In this document: positions 19,274 through 26,673 of the stretch, piece by piece
How positions within the stretch are numbered: the first letter of the stretch is position 1
How the letters are laid out: each line of letters starts with the position of its first letter
DNA from: Sphingomonas oryzagri
Lineage (GTDB): Bacteria > Pseudomonadota > Alphaproteobacteria > Sphingomonadales > Sphingomonadaceae
NCBI RefSeq assembly: GCF_029906645.1
Contig: NZ_JARYGZ010000001.1
Span: 737,208-801,207 of the forward strand
Length of the DNA stretch: 64,000 nucleotides
Reading direction: 5' to 3'
Notes under the pieces: generated by a model
The model's database searches: none
Told to the model about the DNA's origin: nothing
What the model saw: only the letters and a program-made list of their open reading frames with translations
Position numbers and translations under genes: made by a program

Positions 19274-21669
19274 TCGGCCGCTTCCGAATAGGCCGGTTCG
19301 TCGCCGGTGACGGGCCATGGCGTGCCCGTCAGCGCCTCGAACCAGGCGGCGGGCGCGTCGCCCAGCTCCTCCCGCAGGCGATCGAGCTTGCGCACGCTCG
19401 CCTCGCGGCCGGAGAGCACCGTCAGCAGGTCCGGTTCGCCGGCGAGATCGAGCCGCGCCACCACCGAATGGTTGGCATGGCGGACGAGGAAACAGCGGCT
19501 GTGTGCGGGCAGCTGTCGGATCAGCTCCAGCTCGTGGTCGGAAAGACCGAAGCCCTCGCAATAATCCTCCGGCCGGGCGCGCGGATTGGGCGTGAAGATC
19601 ATCGTCGCGGTCTGCTCGACGATCGCCGCCGATATGCGGCTGTCGAGCGCATCACGCGCCGATTGCGTTGCGAAGCCCACCAGCGCGTTGCGTTTGCGCA
19701 GCGTCTTCAGCCAGTCGCGGATGCGCGCGGCGAAGACCGGATCGTCGAGCGCCTTCCAGCCCTCGTCGATCAGGATCATCGTCGGCTCCCCGTCCAGCCG
19801 CTCGTCGACGCGGTGGAACAGGTAGAGCATGGTCGGCGTGCGCAGCGTCGGGCTGTCCAGCAGCGCCGTCATGTCGAAGCCGAGCGTCCGCGCGTCGAGA
19901 TCGAGCGCGTCGACCGCGTTATCGAACAGCCAGGCATGTTCGCCGCCGTTGATCCACGGATCGAGGCGCGAAGCGAGGTCGCCCGCCTCGGGCCGGCGCG
20001 ATCCGCTCAGCAGCTCGCGGAAATAGCGGAGGCGACGGAAGCCGGGATCGGCCTCCATGCAGGCATCGACCGCACCGGCGATGGCAGCCAGCTCGTCCGG
20101 TCCCTCGGCGGCGAGCATAACGCCCAACCAGTCGCGCAGGAAGGCGCGGTTGACGGGCGTGTCGGCCAGCGCCAGCGGGTTGAAGCCGGTCGGCTGGCCC
20201 GGCTGCAGCTGCGCGTAGTGGCCGCCACAGGCGCGCAGGAAGATCTCGGCGCCGCGATCCTTGTCGAACAGGATGGTACGGGGACCAAACTTCTGCGCCT
20301 GCGCGGCGAGGAAGTTGAGCACCACCGTCTTGCCCGAGCCGGACGGGCCGATGACGGTGAAGTTGCCGAGATCGCCCTCGTGGAAGTTGAAGAAATAGGG
20401 CGTCGCGCTGGTCGTCTCGAAGACGGTGGCGGCCGGCCCCCAATGGTTGCCGTCGGGCTTGCCGAAAGGCATGCCGTGGAGCGACAGGAAGCCCGCCGCA
20501 TTGGCGGTCGAGATCAGCGCGCGGCGGACGAGATAGGCCTCGTTGCCGGGGAACTGGCCCCAGAAGGCCGGCTCCATGTTGACGTCCTCGCGCGCCGCGA
20601 TCGCGCCCATGTCGGCGAGTGCCGCACCGGCAGACGCCATCGCGCCGTCGAGCGCGCCGAGGTCGTCGGCGCGGACCAGCAGCGAGAGGTGATGGTCGCC
20701 GAAGCCGGCCTGCCCTGCGCCCAGCGCGTCGCGGGCGGCGAGCATCTCGCGGCGCTCGGCCCCGGCCTCCTCGTCGGCGGAGCGGAGGCGGCGGATGGCG
20801 AGGTCGATCCGCTCGCGGGCGATTTGGCGGTCGGCAGGCGCGAAGCTCTCGGTCAGCACCAGTTCGTGCGGCAGGCGCAGGATGTTGTCGATCAGGCCGG
20901 CGCGGGTGGCGTCGGGATATTCCTTCACTGAGAGCATGCCGGAGAAAGAGCGTCCCCCGGCCTGTGCCGTCTCGATCGCGTCGAGGCCGAAGCTGACGCG
21001 CGCATAGGGGATGTGGTGGCCGAGGTCGGTGTCCTCGGGCGGCAGCAGCACAGGCCGCATCTCGCCATTGTAGATGGCGGAGAGGATCTCCAGCGGCTCG
21101 GAACACAGCCCGCCGACGCCCTGATAGGTCCCGAGCTGGCGCGCGCCATAGGCCTCCAGCGCGGCCACGAGGGCGGTCGCCGCGGCGTCGAGAGCGCGGA
21201 TGTCGGCGATTTCCGGCTCGGCATCCTTGCCGGCCATCAGGCGCTTGAGCTTGTCCGGCCAACCGGTCTTGCCGCGCGCGGGGCGGCGGACGATGCTCAG
21301 CACCTGCTCGTTGACGAAGAGGCGGCGCGCGTCGAGCCGGCGTTGCCAGCGCTCGTTGAGGAGCGCGGCGAACGGCTCCTCCGGCGCGCCGTCGAGCGTC
21401 ACGCGCACCCGGCGTCGCACGACATGGTGATAGACCACGAAACGCGCATCCAGCACCGATCGCAGCATCGTCTCGCGCACGGCGAGATGATGGTCGAGCG
21501 CGGCGTCGTCCTCGGTCTCGAAGGGGAGGCCAGGCACCTGGATCATCCGCATCACCGCGCCGTCGCGCAGGCGCAGCGTCCGGTCGTCGAGATGGCGCGC
21601 GTAAGGCAGGCGGTCGCCTGCCTTCGCCTCCCTGGCCCCCCAGGCCGCGGCTCCGGTCCAGTTCTTCAT
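19270..21669 (-). CDS. virB4: Type IV secretion ATPase VirB4/TrbE/CagE
   Basis: 799 aa with Walker A VIGPSGSGKTVVLNFL and Walker B TMILIDEGW. Confidence 0.92.
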   Translation of the reverse strand: MKNWTGAAAWGAREAKAGDRLPYARHLDDRTLRLRDGAVMRMIQVPGLPFETEDDAALDHHLAVRETMLRSVLDARFVVYHHVVRRRVRVTLDGAPEEPFAALLNERWQRRLDARRLFVNEQVLSIVRRPARGKTGWPDKLKRLMAGKDAEPEIADIRALDAAATALVAALEAYGARQLGTYQGVGGLCSEPLEILSAIYNGEMRPVLLPPEDTDLGHHIPYARVSFGLDAIETAQAGGRSFSGMLSVKEYPDATRAGLIDNILRLPHELVLTESFAPADRQIARERIDLAIRRLRSADEEAGAERREMLAARDALGAGQAGFGDHHLSLLVRADDLGALDGAMASAGAALADMGAIAAREDVNMEPAFWGQFPGNEAYLVRRALISTANAAGFLSLHGMPFGKPDGNHWGPAATVFETTSATPYFFNFHEGDLGNFTVIGPSGSGKTVVLNFLAAQAQKFGPRTILFDKDRGAEIFLRACGGHYAQLQPGQPTGFNPLALADTPVNRAFLRDWLGVMLAAEGPDELAAIAGAVDACMEADPGFRRLRYFRELLSGSRRPEAGDLASRLDPWINGGEHAWLFDNAVDALDLDARTLGFDMTALLDSPTLRTPTMLYLFHRVDERLDGEPTMILIDEGWKALDDPVFAARIRDWLKTLRKRNALVGFATQSARDALDSRISAAIVEQTATMIFTPNPRARPEDYCEGFGLSDHELELIRQLPAHSRCFLVRHANHSVVARLDLAGEPDLLTVLSGREASVRKLDRLREELGDAPAAWFEALTGTPWPVTGDEPAYSEAAE

Positions 21670-21942
21670 GGCGCGTAGCTGTTGCAGCCCCAGCGCTTGT
21701 GATTGCGCACGCGGGGGCAGCGGCTGACCTTGGTCAGCCAGAGATCGAACACCCGCGGCTCGCGCAGGCAGGCGAGATAGCCGATGCCGTGGACCAACAG
21801 CGCGACGGGCAACGCCCAGAAGCTGCGGGTGATCAGGAAGGCCTCCGTCGTCACGCCCATGTTGATCACGAAGAAGCTGTAGGTGACGCCCCCGAACATC
21901 TGCGGGCGGGTCAGCGCGCGGAAGACCGGGGCGCGCTGCATC
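21666..21942 (-). CDS. virB3: Type IV secretion protein VirB3
   Basis: MQRAPVFRALTRPQMFGGVTYSFFVINMGVTTEAFLIT..., about 92 aa with two TM helices. Overlaps the virB4 start. Confidence 0.8.
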
Positions 21943-22249
21943 AGTGCGCCACCATCGCGGTCGACTGGATGCCCGAGACGATCGCGCCCGCGCCGAACAG
22001 CACGAAGCAGCCGATGATCACGGTCGCGCCGAACCGCCAGTTCATCCGGCCGGTCAGCATCATGAAGCCGACCATCGCGACCGCGATCACCGCGACGGCG
22101 GTGGCGACATTGCCCATCAGCGTGCCCTGCAGCCAGCCGAGCGCGGCGATGATCGGGCCGGAGCCGGCGGGGTTGGCGCCGGCGGCTTGCGCGAAGGCGG
22201 AGGAGGGCAGCAGGGCGGCTGCGAGCAGGGCGGCGATACGCTTGGTCAT
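21941..22249 (-). CDS. virB2: Type IV secretion pilin VirB2/TrbC
   Basis: MTKRIAALLAAALLPSSAFAQAAG long signal peptide, then a hydrophobic pilin core (GWLQGTLMGNVATAVAVIAVAMVGFMMLTG). Stop/start share one nt with virB3 (TGATG). Confidence 0.8.
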   Translation of the reverse strand: MTKRIAALLAAALLPSSAFAQAAGANPAGSGPIIAALGWLQGTLMGNVATAVAVIAVAMVGFMMLTGRMNWRFGATVIIGCFVLFGAGAIVSGIQSTAMVAH

Positions 22250-22890
22250 GGAATGGCAAGTCCTGTCGAGATGTCCGGCGTCAGCCGGTCGATGATGGTG
22301 GAGACGTAGTTGCGCGTCTCCGCGATGCGCGGCAGGCCGCCGGCGCGGATCACCCGGCCCGGCCCGGCATTGTAGGCGGCGAGCGCACGCTCGACGTCGC
22401 CATCGAACGTATCGAGCATCTGGCGGAGGTAATGCGCGCCGCCGTCGAGATTGGCGGCGGGATCCCTCGCATCGACCGCCAGCGCGCGCGCGGTTCCGGG
22501 CATCAATTGAGTGAGGCCTACGGCCCCTTTGGTGCTGACGGCGGCGGGGTGCCAGCGGCTTTCCTGCCAGACCAGTGCGGCCAGCAGGCTCGGGCTGACG
22601 CCGTAGCGGGCTGCCGCCGTCTGCAGCGGCGCGCGCAAGGTATCCGGAACCTGCGTCGGCGCGGCGATCTGCGTGACGGCAGCGGCGGGAACGAACGGAA
22701 GCGTGTCGGGCTTCTCGGCGTCGCCGGCCTTCGCGGACACCCATTGGACTTCGGCGCCCCCGCTACGGACATGGACGTCGCCCTGGTCGTCGATCTCCAG
22801 CACATCGGCATGGGCGATCGTCCCGGCGCAGAGCGACAGGATCGAAAACGCCACCGATGCCGCCCAAAGCCGCAAACCCGCCCCACTCAT
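22246..22890 (-). CDS. virB1: VirB1-like lytic transglycosylase (SLT domain)
   Basis: Signal peptide MSGAGLRLWAASVAFSILSLCAG. SLT motifs LLAALVWQESRW, GAVGLTQLMPGTA, AYNAGPGRV. Stop overlaps the virB2 start. Confidence 0.8.
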   Translation of the reverse strand: MSGAGLRLWAASVAFSILSLCAGTIAHADVLEIDDQGDVHVRSGGAEVQWVSAKAGDAEKPDTLPFVPAAAVTQIAAPTQVPDTLRAPLQTAAARYGVSPSLLAALVWQESRWHPAAVSTKGAVGLTQLMPGTARALAVDARDPAANLDGGAHYLRQMLDTFDGDVERALAAYNAGPGRVIRAGGLPRIAETRNYVSTIIDRLTPDISTGLAIP

Positions 22891-23061
22891 ACACAGAAGG
22901 ATGAAGCGACCGTACGCCGCCCACGCCCGATCTCGGCTTTGGATGTGACGGATCGGCGTCAGTTCGGAGACGGAATGAAGATGCGACGCGGCAATGCTTT
23001 GAGAATGATTTTCAAAGGGTTCGCGCACGGCCGGATTTGCGGGCTATCGCCCGTTCGTTTC

Positions 23062-23087
23062 CCGACATTAAAAACTGTTAATGTCGG
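23062..23087. promoter_or_regulatory. Perfect 10-bp-arm palindrome CCGACATTAA-aaactg-TTAATGTCGG in the divergent virB1 / phosphoesterase promoter region
   Basis: Read directly. AT-rich, and the only strong palindrome in the 333-nt divergent intergenic region. Confidence 0.5.
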
Positions 23088-23088
23088 A

Positions 23089-23106
23089 TCGTCACGCGCC
23101 TGTCAC
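23089..23106 (+). promoter_or_regulatory. Pho-box-like direct repeats TCGTCAC-gcgc-CTGTCAC
   Basis: Two 7-bp repeats matching CTGTCAT-like PhoB half-sites with 4-bp spacing (11-bp periodicity), about 120 nt upstream of the phosphoesterase-family gene. Confidence 0.4.
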
Positions 23107-23223
23107 GTTCCGGTGGTGGGTCGACGCCGGGCACGGGGGCCGTGACCTGCAGCTTTGCTGGTATTCCTTTCCTGGGCGTGCGTCCTCCCTCGGCGCGCGT
23201 CCCGTTCGGCTGTGGAGAATTCC

Positions 23224-25026
23224 ATGATCCGCAAGCATTTGTCTTCCGCGTTAAAAATCGGCTGCATGGCGCTCCTTCTGAGCTCCTGTGGTCACTCGCG
23301 CGATAGCGGCAGCAGCACGGGCGGCGGTGGCACCACCACGCCTGTTTCTGAACAGGACGCGCTGTCGACGGCGACGCCGATCAAGCATCTCGTCGTCATC
23401 TTCGGCGAGAACGAGTCGTTCGATCACTATTTCGGCACCTACCCGCAGTCGAAGGATCCGAGCGGCGAACCGACCGAGGCATGGGTCGCCCCGTCCAACG
23501 TCGCCAACGTCAACGGCTACATCCGCAACGCCTCGCTGCTGACCGCCAACCCGAACACCACGAACGCCTCCAACCTGGCGAAGGTGTCGGATGCGAGCAT
23601 GCTCAACCCGTTCCGCCTCGACCGGTCGCAGTTCGACACGGCGAGCCAGAACCACGCCTACACGCCCGAGCAGCTGGCGACGAACAACCTGAAGATGGAC
23701 GCTTTCGTGGCGAACACCGGCAAGGGCGGCACCGGCGGCACGCCTAGCCCGAGTTCGGGCGCGGCATCCGGTGCGTTCACCACCGCCGCGCAGGTGATGG
23801 GCTATTTCGACGGCAACACCGTCACCGGCCTGTGGAACTACGCCCAGAATTTCGCGATGAGCGACAACGCCTTCACCGACAGCTTCGGCCCGTCGACACC
23901 GGGTGCGCTCAACGTGGTTTCGGGCACCACTTCGGGCGCCGACAAGCTCGTGACGGGTGACACGATCCCCGACGGCCAGGGCAAGTTCACGATGGTGAAC
24001 GATGCCGATCCGACCGGCGACATGTGCTCGAACGCGGCGATCGTCACGACCATGGCGGGCAAGAATATCGGCGACCTGCTCAACGCCGCCAAGATCACCT
24101 GGGGCGGCTTCATGGGTGGCTTCGACACGTCCGCGACCAATGCCAACGGCACCACCGGCTGCGCCCGCAGCACGGTATCGCCGAACACCAGCCGTACGGT
24201 GAAGGACTATACCCCGCACCATGCCTGGTTCCAGTATTACGCCTCGACGATGAACCCGAACCATACCCGTCCGAGCTCGACGGCGATGATTGGTCACACC
24301 GAAACCGCCGACGGCCCGGTCGATCCCAATTCGGCCACGATCTCGACCAGCAAGGCGGTCAACCACCAGTATGACTATAACGACTTCGTCGCGGCGGTGA
24401 GCGCGGGCAACTTCGCCTCTGTCAGCTACATCAAGGCGCCTGCGTTCCAGGATGCCCATCCGGGCAATTCCAACGCGCTCGACGAGCAGGCCTTCGTCGC
24501 CAAGGTGATCAACTTCCTCCAGCAGCAGCCGGACTGGAAGAACACCGCCGTGATCGTCACCTACGACGACTCGGACGGCTGGTACGATCACCAGTCCCCG
24601 AACGTGCTGCGCTCGTCCTTCGACGCGACCACGACCGCGAGCGTCAACCTGCCGAGCGGTACCGTCACAGGCGCCGACCAGATGAACTCGCAGGGCGTCT
24701 GCACCGGCCCGAACGCCAAGCAGGCGACGGACGTCAACGGCAAGAAGATCAACGGCCGCTGCGGCCCGGGCACCCGCATCCCGTTCATCCTGATCTCGCC
24801 CTACGCCAAGGTGAACTACGTCGACTCGACGCCGATTTCCCAGGCTTCGGTGATCCGCTTCATCGAGGATAACTGGCTGAACGGCCAGCGTATCGGGGGC
24901 GGCTCTGCGGATGCCGATGCGGGCAGCATCATGGGGATGTTCGACTTCTCCTCCGCCCCGCACACCACGGCCGTGTTCATCGATCCGACGACCGGCAAGA
25001 AGACGGCGACCGCCCCCACCGCCTGA
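23224..25026 (+). CDS. Phosphoesterase family lipoprotein (phospholipase C / AcpA acid-phosphatase family)
   Basis: Lipobox LLSSCG. N-terminal HLVVIFGENESFDHYFGTYP and central YTPHHAWFQYY are characteristic of the PLC/AcpA phosphoesterase family. 600 aa. Confidence 0.8.
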   Translation: MIRKHLSSALKIGCMALLLSSCGHSRDSGSSTGGGGTTTPVSEQDALSTATPIKHLVVIFGENESFDHYFGTYPQSKDPSGEPTEAWVAPSNVANVNGYIRNASLLTANPNTTNASNLAKVSDASMLNPFRLDRSQFDTASQNHAYTPEQLATNNLKMDAFVANTGKGGTGGTPSPSSGAASGAFTTAAQVMGYFDGNTVTGLWNYAQNFAMSDNAFTDSFGPSTPGALNVVSGTTSGADKLVTGDTIPDGQGKFTMVNDADPTGDMCSNAAIVTTMAGKNIGDLLNAAKITWGGFMGGFDTSATNANGTTGCARSTVSPNTSRTVKDYTPHHAWFQYYASTMNPNHTRPSSTAMIGHTETADGPVDPNSATISTSKAVNHQYDYNDFVAAVSAGNFASVSYIKAPAFQDAHPGNSNALDEQAFVAKVINFLQQQPDWKNTAVIVTYDDSDGWYDHQSPNVLRSSFDATTTASVNLPSGTVTGADQMNSQGVCTGPNAKQATDVNGKKINGRCGPGTRIPFILISPYAKVNYVDSTPISQASVIRFIEDNWLNGQRIGGGSADADAGSIMGMFDFSSAPHTTAVFIDPTTGKKTATAPTA

Positions 25027-25053
25027 GGCGTGGACGATCGCCGACGTCAAAGG

Positions 25054-25093
25054 CCCTCCTGCCGGCACGCCGGCAGGAGGGTTCTCCTTTTTC
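25054..25093 (+). terminator. Rho-independent terminator after the phosphoesterase gene
   Basis: CCCTCCTGCCGG-cacg-CCGGCAGGAGG followed by TTCTCCTTTTTCC. Confidence 0.7.
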
Positions 25094-25112
25094 CAGATTT
25101 TCGCGAAGTGTC

Positions 25113-26549
25113 ATGAACCAGCATCCCAGCACGCTTTCTTCCGACGATCCCACGGTGCCAGAAAAGATGCGGCCAAAACCATGGCGTTGGGTGGCCGGCT
25201 CGGCGGGCGGCGTGCTGCTCGCGCTGGCGGGGACGGCGGGCTTCTTCCTCGCCTATCCCGAAAAGGCACCGGCCTCGCTCGATCGGACGATCGAGGATGT
25301 GAGCGGCGAGAACCCGCATCCCGTCGCACTGATCCGGCCGCCGGTGCAGCCATTGAGTGCGCTGGCGCAGCTTGGCGAGAAGATCTTCCACGATCCGTCG
25401 CTGTCCGGCTCCGGCACCCAGTCCTGCGCGTCCTGCCACGATCCGTCGCGCTCCTACGGCCCACCCAACGATCGCGACGTGCAACTGGGAGGCGTGGACA
25501 TGAGGACGGAGGGTCTGCGGCCGCCGCCCTCGCTCGCCTATCTCTATCGGCAGGGGCCGTTCGGCATCGGACCGACCGACCAGGAGAATGACTCCCCGAT
25601 CCCGCTCGATCAACTCGCGCAGCAGGCGCAGGGTACGGCGCGCGCGACCAAGTCCGCCGGCACTGCACCCGCTGCCAACCAGATGGTGCCGAGTGGCGGC
25701 CTGTTCTGGGATGGGCGGGAAGATACGTTCATGGATCAGGCCAAGGGGCCGATGATGAACCCGGCTGAAATGGCCAACAAGAGCCTCTATGATGTCGCGG
25801 CGAAGCTGCAGCGCGCCAGGTATGTCTCAGATTTCAAGCCGATCTTTGGCAATGATATCGTCAACCAGCCCGCGATGCTGTTCACCGAGGCGATGTCGGC
25901 GCTGTCGCGGTTCCAGGTAGAATCGGCTTCCTTCCACCGTTTCGACAGCAAGTACGATCACTGGCTGGAAGGGAAGGCGCGGCTGAGCCATGCCGAGATC
26001 CGGGGAATGCGGCTGTTCAACGATCCGGACAAGGGCAATTGCGCGGCTTGCCACCTCAGCCAGCCGACCGCCGACAAGCTGCCGCCGTTGTTCACAGACA
26101 CCGAATATGAGGCGCTCGGCGTGCCGCGCAACCGCCGTCTCGCGGCCAATCGCGATCCCAGCCATTTCGACATGGGGCTATGCGGGCCGCTGCGGACTGA
26201 CCTCGCGAAGCAGACCCAGTATTGCGGCATGTTCCTGACGCCGACGCTGCGCAATTCGGCGAAGCGCGGGGTCTATTTCCACAACGGCGTCTATCACGAC
26301 CTGAAGCAGGTGGTCGATTTCTACAATCTGCGCGAGGTCCAGCCGGGCGCGATCTACCCGCACGACGCAAGCGGCAAGGTCCATAAATATGACGATCTGC
26401 CGGCCCGCTACCACGCCAATATCGACGTCGCCGACGCGCCGTTCGATCGCAAGGCGGGCGACAGGCGGCCGCTCAGCGACGCCGAGGTGCAGGACATCAT
26501 CGCCTTTCTCCGAACGCTGGACGATGGCGACAAGGCAACCGGCTACTGA
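25113..26549 (+). CDS. Di-haem cytochrome c peroxidase (CCP/MauG family)
   Basis: Two CxxCH motifs (CASCHDP, CAACHLS), an N-terminal TM anchor and a conserved GVYFHNGVYHDL region. An alternative start is at MRPKPW (about 25167). Confidence 0.85.
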   Translation: MNQHPSTLSSDDPTVPEKMRPKPWRWVAGSAGGVLLALAGTAGFFLAYPEKAPASLDRTIEDVSGENPHPVALIRPPVQPLSALAQLGEKIFHDPSLSGSGTQSCASCHDPSRSYGPPNDRDVQLGGVDMRTEGLRPPPSLAYLYRQGPFGIGPTDQENDSPIPLDQLAQQAQGTARATKSAGTAPAANQMVPSGGLFWDGREDTFMDQAKGPMMNPAEMANKSLYDVAAKLQRARYVSDFKPIFGNDIVNQPAMLFTEAMSALSRFQVESASFHRFDSKYDHWLEGKARLSHAEIRGMRLFNDPDKGNCAACHLSQPTADKLPPLFTDTEYEALGVPRNRRLAANRDPSHFDMGLCGPLRTDLAKQTQYCGMFLTPTLRNSAKRGVYFHNGVYHDLKQVVDFYNLREVQPGAIYPHDASGKVHKYDDLPARYHANIDVADAPFDRKAGDRRPLSDAEVQDIIAFLRTLDDGDKATGY

Positions 26550-26673
26550 GCCGTCACATTACGGTATGGTAACGACATTGAACTGACGCAAATCCATCGC
26601 GGATGTGAAACCGTCGCCCTGCATGGACGGCCCCGAGAGCGCGATGCGCGCCGATTTCCAAAGGGGCTGATCC

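Noticed and set aside
23251-25068. 605-aa minus-strand ORF opposite the phosphoesterase gene
   Set aside because: Shadow ORF; the plus-strand protein has a lipobox and conserved phosphoesterase motifs.
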